DNA from: a bacterium
Lineage (GTDB): Bacteria > Patescibacteriota > JABMPQ01 > JBDRIV01
Direction of reading: 5' to 3'
Length of the DNA: 64,000 nucleotides
Assembly: GCA_043815505.1 (NCBI GenBank)
Contig: JBDRIV010000003.1
Span: forward strand, 62,239-126,238
Part shown: in pieces, positions 57,247-64,000 of the stretch
How positions within the stretch are numbered: the stretch's first letter is position 1
Layout of the letters: every line of letters begins with the position of its first letter
Translations under genes and position numbers: made by a program
Notes under the pieces: model-generated
Databases searched by the model: none
What the model was told of the DNA's origin: nothing
Seen by the model: the letters and a program-made list of their open reading frames with translations, nothing else

Positions 57247-58266
57247 ATGAAACTTTCCGATTTTAATTACAATTTACCTGAAGAACTGATTGCTAATCAT
57301 CCTGCTTGTCCGCGCGACAGTTCAAGACTTTTGGTTTTAGATAAAAAAACTGGTGCTATTTCGCACGAGCATTTTTTTGATTTTCCTAAACATTTAACTT
57401 CCAATGATGTTTTGGTTTTTAACGACACAAAAGTTTTTCCCGCTCGTCTTGAATCCAAAAAAGAATCTGGTGGCAAAGTTGAAATTCTTTTAGTCCGCGA
57501 GAAAGATAAATATACTTGGCATACACTACTTAAAGGTAGAAATTTAAATGTGGGAACTAAACTTGTTCTGCCAAAAAATGTCACGGTAGAAATTTTGAAT
57601 AAACATCGTGATGATTGGCTAGTGAAATTTTCTATTGGTTCATACGAATTGCGCCGCTTAACTGAAAGGATAGGTATTATGCCCACACCACCTTATATTA
57701 AATCGGCTTTGCATAATAAAGATGATTACCAAACAATTTATGCTGCGGATGATAAAAACATGTCCGTCGCAGCACCTACAGCCGGATTTCATTTTACCGA
57801 ACGCATTTTTAAAGCTTTAGAGAAAAAAGGTGTGCAAAAAGAATTTATTACTCTTCATGTTGGTCCGGGCACATTTTTACCGGTGCGCACTGAAGATATT
57901 ACCGATCATAAGATGCACGCTGAATATGCTGAAGCAAATTTAGCCACGGTCGCTCGTTTAATGCAATATAAAAAAGATGGCAAAAGAATAATTGCCGTGG
58001 GCACAACTTCAGTTCGGGTTTTGGAAATGATTGGTAATTTAAGGAAACCTGAAGATTTTATCGATTATATCGATCTGTTTATTTATCCTCCTTATAAATT
58101 TAAAATGGTTGATGCTTTGCTAACAAATTTTCATCTTCCCAAATCCACTCTTTTAATGCTGGTTTCAGCCTTAGCTGGCAAAAAGAATATCGACAAGGCC
58201 TACGCTGCGGCCATAAATAAAAAATATCGCTTCTACTCTTTTGGCGACGCGATGTTTATAAAATAG
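57247..58266 (+). CDS. queA: S-adenosylmethionine:tRNA ribosyltransferase-isomerase
   Basis: 339 aa. N-terminus MKLSDFNYNLPEELIANHP and the overall QueA pattern. Confidence 0.9.
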   Translation: MKLSDFNYNLPEELIANHPACPRDSSRLLVLDKKTGAISHEHFFDFPKHLTSNDVLVFNDTKVFPARLESKKESGGKVEILLVREKDKYTWHTLLKGRNLNVGTKLVLPKNVTVEILNKHRDDWLVKFSIGSYELRRLTERIGIMPTPPYIKSALHNKDDYQTIYAADDKNMSVAAPTAGFHFTERIFKALEKKGVQKEFITLHVGPGTFLPVRTEDITDHKMHAEYAEANLATVARLMQYKKDGKRIIAVGTTSVRVLEMIGNLRKPEDFIDYIDLFIYPPYKFKMVDALLTNFHLPKSTLLMLVSALAGKKNIDKAYAAAINKKYRFYSFGDAMFIK

Positions 58267-58309
58267 GACCTTGTTATTCTATTATTCTATAGAATGATAG
58301 AGTATGGTT

Positions 58310-59617
58310 TTATCCTTCGAGTTTACTCTGAACTTTTTCAGCGGTAGCTCTTTTTGTTTCCACCGAAACCAGAGCCAATAAAATCCAAAACAAAACTGCT
58401 AAATCATTCTTAAAATACGGAACATCCACCAAGCCCTGCACAATTATGGCCAAGGCTGCGGCTGCTAGTCCGATAAGTAATGGTGAGGAATTAAGGGTGG
58501 CCAAAAACTTTTTGCCCTTCGGTAAAAAGAATTTTTCTAATATGAGTAAATATGAAAGCAGTCCGAACAATCCTAGCTCCGTCCAAAAATTCAAAATCAA
58601 ATTATGCGGATAAACCAGAATTTCTGTGTGTTTATCCAGTTTGTATTCAGCATAACGCGCTTCAAAGCCGGTTAATCCCACTCCCAAAATTGGATTATCT
58701 TTTACCATGTTTAGTGAGCCTTCCCACAAAGCTAAGCGCACATCTCCTGAGACGTCTTGAAAAGAAAGTAATTTGGTTGTGTAGTCGCGCGTGGTAGGAA
58801 CGGCAAATATTACAATTGCCAAAACTAAGACCACGCCAATTGCATAAAGACGCCACTTACTTATTAATAAAATTCCCAGCATGGCAGCAGCAATTGCTAG
58901 AATTGCTCCCTCAGAAACTGCAAAGGCAGTGGCTAAAATTCCTAAAACTACAACTAACCAAGAAACAATTCGCAAAGGTTTTTTTACGAATTCATTTTTA
59001 GTAGAAATTGCTAGAGCGAAAAACAAACTTATTAGCGGTGCTAAATACAAACCGACGGCATTGGGATAGGGAAATATTGAAGTTACTCTTCTTCCTTCTT
59101 CAACGGCCCATGGTTCTGGAATGCCATATCCTATAAATTTTTGCCAGATGGCATAAACTGAAATTAGCAAAACTGAAGCACCTAGTCCCAGCAAAATACA
59201 TTTTTCTTCTTTCATGCCTTTGGCCATCGCTAAGATCATTATGAAAACGAGTAGCGGTTCTAAAAAGTAAGCGCGCCAAATTCCTAGGGCTGGTAATAAT
59301 TCTGGGGCTGCGAAAACAGAAATTACTGAAGCAAGCAAAAATACAAAAATTGGCAGGAGCAATTTTTGGTTACGTAAGCGAATACGAGTTTGTTTGCAAT
59401 GAAAGTTAAATTTCTTTTTGCGTAGATCATCAACTACCCAGGCTACAAATAAAATTAAAATCGCGATTTCTAAAAAAGTTGTCGGCAGTCCCCCAATAGA
59501 AAAACGAATAACATACAACGGCAAAAAGAAAGCGATTAGTTTTAAGCTAAATTTCGGTTTATAAAAAGAAACCACGGCAAAAGCAATTAAAATGATTGTG
59601 ATAAGTGTAATTTCCAT
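58310..59617 (-). CDS. O-antigen ligase-like polytopic membrane protein
   Basis: 435 aa, about 12 TM helices with Wzy_C-like topology. Confidence 0.45.
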   Translation of the reverse strand: MEITLITIILIAFAVVSFYKPKFSLKLIAFFLPLYVIRFSIGGLPTTFLEIAILILFVAWVVDDLRKKKFNFHCKQTRIRLRNQKLLLPIFVFLLASVISVFAAPELLPALGIWRAYFLEPLLVFIMILAMAKGMKEEKCILLGLGASVLLISVYAIWQKFIGYGIPEPWAVEEGRRVTSIFPYPNAVGLYLAPLISLFFALAISTKNEFVKKPLRIVSWLVVVLGILATAFAVSEGAILAIAAAMLGILLISKWRLYAIGVVLVLAIVIFAVPTTRDYTTKLLSFQDVSGDVRLALWEGSLNMVKDNPILGVGLTGFEARYAEYKLDKHTEILVYPHNLILNFWTELGLFGLLSYLLILEKFFLPKGKKFLATLNSSPLLIGLAAAALAIIVQGLVDVPYFKNDLAVLFWILLALVSVETKRATAEKVQSKLEG

Positions 59618-59716
59618 GCCTTTATTTTAGCAAAAAACCGTTCTTCTGACTATCATTACAATTTTTTCCAATTTAAAAAAGGAGGTCCTGAGGGATCTCC
59701 TGTAAATAACTGACAG

Positions 59717-60328
59717 TTACAAACCATACTTGATACCAAGCGAGAGTGAGGTTGCGTATCCGTTCCGGCGCTCTTCGGAAATACCGCTGACAAAATTGAT
59801 TATACCGGTGTTGATACGCATCCACAACACAAACCTCTCCCCCTCCAGTACCCAGGTTTCTATTTGCAGCTCGACAGCGCGGGTGCGGTTTATGGTTTGG
59901 TTTTCCGCAAATAAGCGCAAATGAAAATCCAGATCCCAAAATAGGTTGTTTTTGCCCGCTTCCAGCGTTCCGTACAACGGACTTTTTTCCCAGATGATGC
60001 TGTCAGGAAATTTGCTATGGTAGCCGGATTCGCGCGCGCCCAGGCCTAAAAAAGATTCTCCCCAGTACCGACGCGCGACCAACGAGTAATGATAAGTGTA
60101 GCCGTCGGCGTTGTTCTTCTCCTCATTTGTTATCTCACCGTCGAGAAACAAGGCATATTTTTTTCCACGAGCCAGCATTTCTACCAACCCGCCGACGCCA
60201 TTTTCAAAACCCAGATCACTGCTCATGTTATAGGAAACATAACCTCCGATATAACTTTGGGCGAAAACGGTATACCCGGTCAGAAACAGCCCTACCAACA
60301 TCATTAACACAATCGTCAACCTTTTCAT
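59717..60328 (-). CDS. Secreted beta-strand-rich protein (OMP/porin-like), GC-rich
   Basis: 203 aa. Signal peptide (LFLTGYTVFAQS), alternating hydrophobic pattern, RBS AAGGAGG, and a terminator at about 59677-59705. Local GC is about 48%. Confidence 0.4.
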   Translation of the reverse strand: MKRLTIVLMMLVGLFLTGYTVFAQSYIGGYVSYNMSSDLGFENGVGGLVEMLARGKKYALFLDGEITNEEKNNADGYTYHYSLVARRYWGESFLGLGARESGYHSKFPDSIIWEKSPLYGTLEAGKNNLFWDLDFHLRLFAENQTINRTRAVELQIETWVLEGERFVLWMRINTGIINFVSGISEERRNGYATSLSLGIKYGL

Positions 60329-60507
60329 AACCAGTCCTCCTTTTTGTGTTTTTGATATCAGACTTTTGCTATAAAATATAGCAGAATTCTTTTAGCAAAA
60401 AACTTCAAAGTACAAATCCAATCACATTAACATTTGCTTCTTTTTTTGTCAAAATCACCCAGTAGGTAAGACTCTAGGGTGATTTATTTTGATTATTTTA
60501 TAATTTA

Positions 60508-60789
60508 TTATTTTTTATGTGGAGTGAGATAAACCAGTTTCCACCAAGCCTTCCCTAAAAAGAAACCGCCAATGGCTCCAGCTAATAAAATTATAATTTG
60601 CAAGTAATATGGTAAAGCACAACCACCGTGCCAAATAACCTCAAAAGAATTATCAGACAAGTAATTTAAATACCACATTTCCACCACAGCGTGAACAAAG
60701 AAACTCAAAATAATTCCCAAGAATGTGGACGCAATTAAATAAATTACGTGTTTAGCTTTTGTTGGTTGTAAGTTTTTTCTCCAAATCAT
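60508..60789 (-). CDS. Hypothetical small membrane protein (3 TM)
   Basis: 93 aa hydrophobic ORF. Confidence 0.3.
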   Translation of the reverse strand: MIWRKNLQPTKAKHVIYLIASTFLGIILSFFVHAVVEMWYLNYLSDNSFEVIWHGGCALPYYLQIIILLAGAIGGFFLGKAWWKLVYLTPHKK

Positions 60790-60793
60790 TTTT

Positions 60794-61324
60794 CTATTTA
60801 GATGATGGTAATTCTTCGTCAGATTCTCCTAGAGCCAATAGAACTTTCCCGCTATGATGTTTATTATTTTTTGCCATCATGGCCAGAGCTAAACATCTGT
60901 GCATTCCTTCAATCACAACAATCTTTTCATTTTTTACTCTCATGGCAGTTATAATTGTTTCTTCTGGGAAATCTTTAATCAATCTGTTTACGATTCCGTT
61001 GGCTTGAATCTCTTTATTCTCTGCCAATTCGGAAAAGGTTCGTTCTTTGGCTCCGTTATAATAAAGTTTTGTCCAACCGGAAAAGGGTCCACCAAAAAAT
61101 TCGGGAACACTTTTTAGTGGTTCAACTACTTTATACAATCCCCATTTTTTATCTCTACATTTGAAACGCTTAGCATATGTTTCGCGCCACTCTTCCCAAG
61201 AATTAAACCCGCGACTCTTATAATGTTTCTCCCAAGCCGGACTATCAGCTTCATTCCCCCGCCAAAATTCAAAAACTTCATCCCAAGTTAAAGATTTAAC
61301 TTCTTTTATATTTTCGTCTTTCAT
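60794..61324 (-). CDS. Hypothetical protein; C-terminal region weakly ParB/sulfiredoxin-like
   Basis: 176 aa. Trp-rich N-terminus. KIVVIEGMHRCLALAMM resembles the DGxHR core of ParB/Srx-fold proteins (weak). Confidence 0.3.
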   Translation of the reverse strand: MKDENIKEVKSLTWDEVFEFWRGNEADSPAWEKHYKSRGFNSWEEWRETYAKRFKCRDKKWGLYKVVEPLKSVPEFFGGPFSGWTKLYYNGAKERTFSELAENKEIQANGIVNRLIKDFPEETIITAMRVKNEKIVVIEGMHRCLALAMMAKNNKHHSGKVLLALGESDEELPSSK

Positions 61325-61333
61325 ATTTTAATT

Positions 61334-61365
61334 CTACCAAAAAACCACTCATTTTAATAGGTGGC
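61334..61365 (-). terminator. Minus-strand terminator sharing the GGTTTTTTGGTAG tail
   Basis: Hairpin CCACT/AGTGG followed on the minus strand by GTTTTTTGGTAG. Same tail as the modules at 62356 and 62858. Confidence 0.4.
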
Positions 61366-61914
61366 TTATTTACAGTACAAATTAGTTTTTCTTAAATATT
61401 TTCTAAGCTCTAAATAATTGGGAAGAGTTTTTCCAACTTCTGCCCAGAATTTTTTAGAATGATTCAGTTCTTTAAGATGACATAATTCGTGCACAATAAT
61501 GTAATCTTGTAATTCTTCAGATAAAAAAAGGATTTTATAATTGAAATTTAGATTCCCCTTTTTTGAACAACTTCCCCAACGAGTTTTTTGATTTCTAATG
61601 CTTATTCTATTAAATTTGAAGTTGTAGTTTTTATTAAGAACTTCCAGCCGTTCCTTAATGAGTTGGCGAGCTTTTTCTTTGTGTTGCAGATAATCGTCGT
61701 GAGAAAAAACCCGAACTGGTTTGGTATTATCATTTTTAAATTTGTTTATCCTCTTTATTAACCAACTCCTTTTTTCAGCGATAAAATTATCTATAATTCT
61801 TTGTCTTACCCAAAATGGACTGGTAACTACGACGCTTCCATCACAATTCACCGTCAACCGAATATGCTTTGCTCGTTTACTTTTTTTGTGAGTATAGGAT
61901 ATTTTGTTTTTCAT
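61366..61914 (-). CDS. DUF45/YgjP-like zinc metalloprotease (HExxH)
   Basis: 182 aa. WGSCSKKGNLNFN...IIVHELCHLKELNHSKKFW matches the DUF45 family. Confidence 0.7.
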   Translation of the reverse strand: MKNKISYTHKKSKRAKHIRLTVNCDGSVVVTSPFWVRQRIIDNFIAEKRSWLIKRINKFKNDNTKPVRVFSHDDYLQHKEKARQLIKERLEVLNKNYNFKFNRISIRNQKTRWGSCSKKGNLNFNYKILFLSEELQDYIIVHELCHLKELNHSKKFWAEVGKTLPNYLELRKYLRKTNLYCK

Positions 61915-61921
61915 TTTTATT

Positions 61922-62329
61922 TTAGATTTTTTTAGATTGTTCTTTTTCTAATATTTCAATAAGAGGTATTCGGGTACAATTCAAATCAACATCTTTTAGC
62001 TTTTCCAAATTAAGATATTCATGACTAACATGTTCTCCGGTTTTAATAAAACTATCACCCACTAACTCTGCTTCGTAGCACAAATTAAGCGTGTTAGCGT
62101 CTTGAGGATTTATACCAAAAAAAGCATAAATTGGTCGCTTGTTTATTATTCGACAACCGACACCCATTTCTTCTTTACATTCACGATTCAAACACTCTTC
62201 GGGTTTTTCACCGTGACTGATTCTCCCTCCCGGCAAATCCCAGATTCCCTCTTTCTCTAGACACCAAAGAATATCTTTATTCTTGTTGAAAACTATTGCT
62301 TTTACTGATACTTCAAATTGATCGGGCAT
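61922..62329 (-). CDS. NUDIX hydrolase
   Basis: 135 aa with NUDIX box GGRISHGEKPEECLNRECKEEMGV. Confidence 0.8.
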   Translation of the reverse strand: MPDQFEVSVKAIVFNKNKDILWCLEKEGIWDLPGGRISHGEKPEECLNRECKEEMGVGCRIINKRPIYAFFGINPQDANTLNLCYEAELVGDSFIKTGEHVSHEYLNLEKLKDVDLNCTRIPLIEILEKEQSKKI

Positions 62330-62355
62330 ATTTTTACTTTATGAATAATAATCTT

Positions 62356-62420
62356 ATCCTACCAAAAAACCGCCCTTCTGTATATTAAGCTTGCTCTGAG
62401 TTTATCGAAGAGGCGATTTT
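62356..62420 (-). terminator. 65-bp terminator module, copy 1 (direct repeat of 62858..62920)
   Basis: About 97% identical to copy 2. On the minus strand it forms a CGCC-CTTC/GAAG-GGCG hairpin followed by GTTTTTTGGTAGGAT. Confidence 0.55.
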
Positions 62421-62424
62421 CCTA

Positions 62425-62829
62425 TTAATTTTTCAAATTATAGGATTCTTTTATCCATCCAATGAATTCAATATCTATTTCTTTTTTGTCGTAAACCATA
62501 AAGCAGTTCTTGTAAACTTTAGCCGACATTTTAACGCATTGTTTTAACCTTTTGCTATTTATTTTTTTATCAAGCGCAAAGCGAATTTCTAATCCATCTT
62601 TTTTGGGAAGAGCTGCTAAAAAATCATAATTGCCAAATAAATGAATACAACAGGGAATAGAAATTATTTTACATTTACCAATTTTTTTATCTATTTGTTT
62701 AACTAAATAATCAAATAGTTCCTTGGTTTTATCCTTGTTCTTAAAATGTTCGCCCAAAGAAACTTTCTTACAACTATGAGGCTGCTTGGCTTTATTAAAT
62801 TGTCTACCGCACTTTGAACAAGTCCACAT
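62425..62829 (-). CDS. Zinc-ribbon protein of unknown function
   Basis: 134 aa. N-terminal WTCSKCGRQF...HSC zinc ribbon. Resembles the N-termini of DUF5655-type proteins (recollection only). Confidence 0.35.
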   Translation of the reverse strand: MWTCSKCGRQFNKAKQPHSCKKVSLGEHFKNKDKTKELFDYLVKQIDKKIGKCKIISIPCCIHLFGNYDFLAALPKKDGLEIRFALDKKINSKRLKQCVKMSAKVYKNCFMVYDKKEIDIEFIGWIKESYNLKN

Positions 62830-62857
62830 ATTTTGATAATGAATGTTTATTTATTAT

Positions 62858-62920
62858 CATCCTACCAAAAAACCACCCTTCTGTATATTGCTTGCTCTGA
62901 GTTTATCGAAGAGGCGATTT
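62858..62920 (-). terminator. 63-bp terminator module, copy 2
   Basis: See copy 1. Follows the 62977..63468 gene. Confidence 0.55.
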
Positions 62921-62976
62921 TTTGTTTAAAAAAAGAACAGGTGAATCCGTCTAGGTTTCACCTGTTTAATTTCTGT

Positions 62977-63468
62977 TTAGTAACTTGATTCGATACTTTC
63001 ATGGTGGCTACCTGGCCAATCACAATCAGGATTGATACAAACTGTCCAAGTGTTGTCATAAAAATCAACCGCTCCCAAATCCTTTATGAATCTGTAGGTT
63101 GGACCACCACAGAAAGAACAAGGTTCCTTATTCATTTTTACTGGCGCCGACTCCAAATTAGCAATCAATTTCCTTTTCATTATGGGAAGAAATCGATGTG
63201 AGCCATAAGGAGCGAAGTTTATTCCAATTCTTGCGTTGCTAATCTGTTTACAGAACGGGCAGTAGCAGGCCATGGCGCACTCATAAAATTCACCGTATTC
63301 TAGGTCATAACCTATAAATACACCTGTGGAACCGCAGGCTTCACACATCAATTCCGAATTCCAATGAATCCTACCTCTCTCTGGAAGATCTCTGTCAACT
63401 TCACATTTTGCATGCATCACTACACATAAAGCTCTGAATTCGTCTATCCATGTTGACATTTTTCTCAC
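62977..63468 (-). CDS. Cysteine-rich hypothetical protein B (multiple CxxC)
   Basis: 163 aa with 14 Cys (CEACGS, CYCPFC, CSFCGG, CINPDC). The ATGA overlap with the upstream gene indicates co-transcription. Confidence 0.4.
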   Translation of the reverse strand: MRKMSTWIDEFRALCVVMHAKCEVDRDLPERGRIHWNSELMCEACGSTGVFIGYDLEYGEFYECAMACYCPFCKQISNARIGINFAPYGSHRFLPIMKRKLIANLESAPVKMNKEPCSFCGGPTYRFIKDLGAVDFYDNTWTVCINPDCDWPGSHHESIESSY

Positions 63469-63992
63469 CTCCCCATTATACGATGAGGTTGATTACAATA
63501 TGGACAAATTCGGTATGCTATTTTGTCAACAACAACTTGCTCGCTGATGGGATGTTGCCAGCTTACAATTTTTCTTTTCTTTCCAGCTTCTAATGTCTCA
63601 CATCTTACGGAGTAAGTACGATCTTCCATCTCTTCTCCATATTTACAGTGTGGACAAAATAGGATGAAAAGAAAGTTTCCAGCAATATCGTATTCTGAGT
63701 AGTAAAAACAGTAAGCTTGTTTTTTACAGGAAGGGCATTCAACCTCCGATCCTATTTTTAGAAAATTGTCATGCGGAGTACATTCACCAAAAGTCTGTTG
63801 CGCTTGGCAAGCCAAGCAAATGGGCACCCCTTTTTCCTCAGCTTCCTGTAAATATGTCAGAACCTGACCATCTTTTCTGTTTCCAATCCAGTAGTCGTGT
63901 GTGCTCCACCCACAATAAGCACCAAATGCTGTGCATTCTGAATCAGCCGGAGTAAGATCGGGTCCTGTGTAAGCAATAAGATGGGCTACCAT
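63465..63992 (-). CDS. Cysteine-rich hypothetical protein A (multiple CxxC)
   Basis: 175 aa with 15 Cys (CLACQ, CPSC, CPHC, CPYCNQPH). Start is 8 nt from the window end, so upstream context is unseen. Confidence 0.4.
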   Translation of the reverse strand: MVAHLIAYTGPDLTPADSECTAFGAYCGWSTHDYWIGNRKDGQVLTYLQEAEEKGVPICLACQAQQTFGECTPHDNFLKIGSEVECPSCKKQAYCFYYSEYDIAGNFLFILFCPHCKYGEEMEDRTYSVRCETLEAGKKRKIVSWQHPISEQVVVDKIAYRICPYCNQPHRIMGR

Positions 63993-64000
63993 TGGTTTGT

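Noticed and set aside
1-64000. tRNA and rRNA genes
   Set aside because: No GGTTCGAATCC / GGTTCAAATCC-type T-loops with matching acceptor stems and no rRNA-like conserved stretches were seen. Cannot exclude without tRNAscan or Infernal.

Overview
The window is 64 kb of a low-GC (about 35%) bacterial chromosome with densely packed, mostly short genes. Gene content suggests a CPR/Patescibacteria-like organism: stand-alone four-helix-bundle protein, FemAB-like fragment, lone PurD-like ATP-grasp enzyme, type IV pilus ATPase, CIRCE-regulated clpC and many small membrane proteins. This lineage assignment is inference only. Most of the window is housekeeping: ruvA, uvrB, truB, rpsT, holA, polA, ruvB, clpC, hsp20, trxA/trxB, thiI, pepA, queG, folA, thyA, tsaE, uppP, pilB, valS, rpmH-rnpA-yidD-yidC-khpB, queA, and a flippase/two GT4/O-antigen-ligase cell-surface glycan cluster. 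I found no rRNA, tRNA or CRISPR array.

Several things are not ordinary:
- A ~77-bp direct duplication of the holA 3' end exactly brackets an FAD-oxidoreductase gene, which reads as an insertion signature.
- Two ~100-109-bp AT-rich elements are bounded by 14-bp terminal inverted repeats CCYGTAGTACAAC (MITE-like), each abutting a gene boundary. One fills the rpmH-rnpA gap; a solo copy of the motif lies upstream of the flippase gene.
- Several GC-rich islands (about 45-55% GC) sit in the AT-rich background. They comprise a frameshifted cupin paralog, a small membrane protein gene before pilB, a ~1 kb ORF-poor hairpin-rich region after pilB that also carries a small basic-protein gene, and an OMP-like gene.
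- A structured ~120-nt leader (10-bp closing stem plus U-run) precedes a small-membrane-protein operon. Next to it is a consensus TTGACA-N17-TACAAT promoter driving a non-coding region with an 18-bp perfect inverted repeat and tandem 23-bp direct repeats.
- A LigD-phosphoesterase::NUDIX fusion gene.
- A terminal accessory block has paralogous Cys-rich proteins, a zinc-ribbon protein, NUDIX, and a DUF45 metalloprotease. The last two genes are flanked by near-identical 63-65-bp terminator modules.

Coordinates derived by hand (not from the ORF track) may be off by 1-2 nt.
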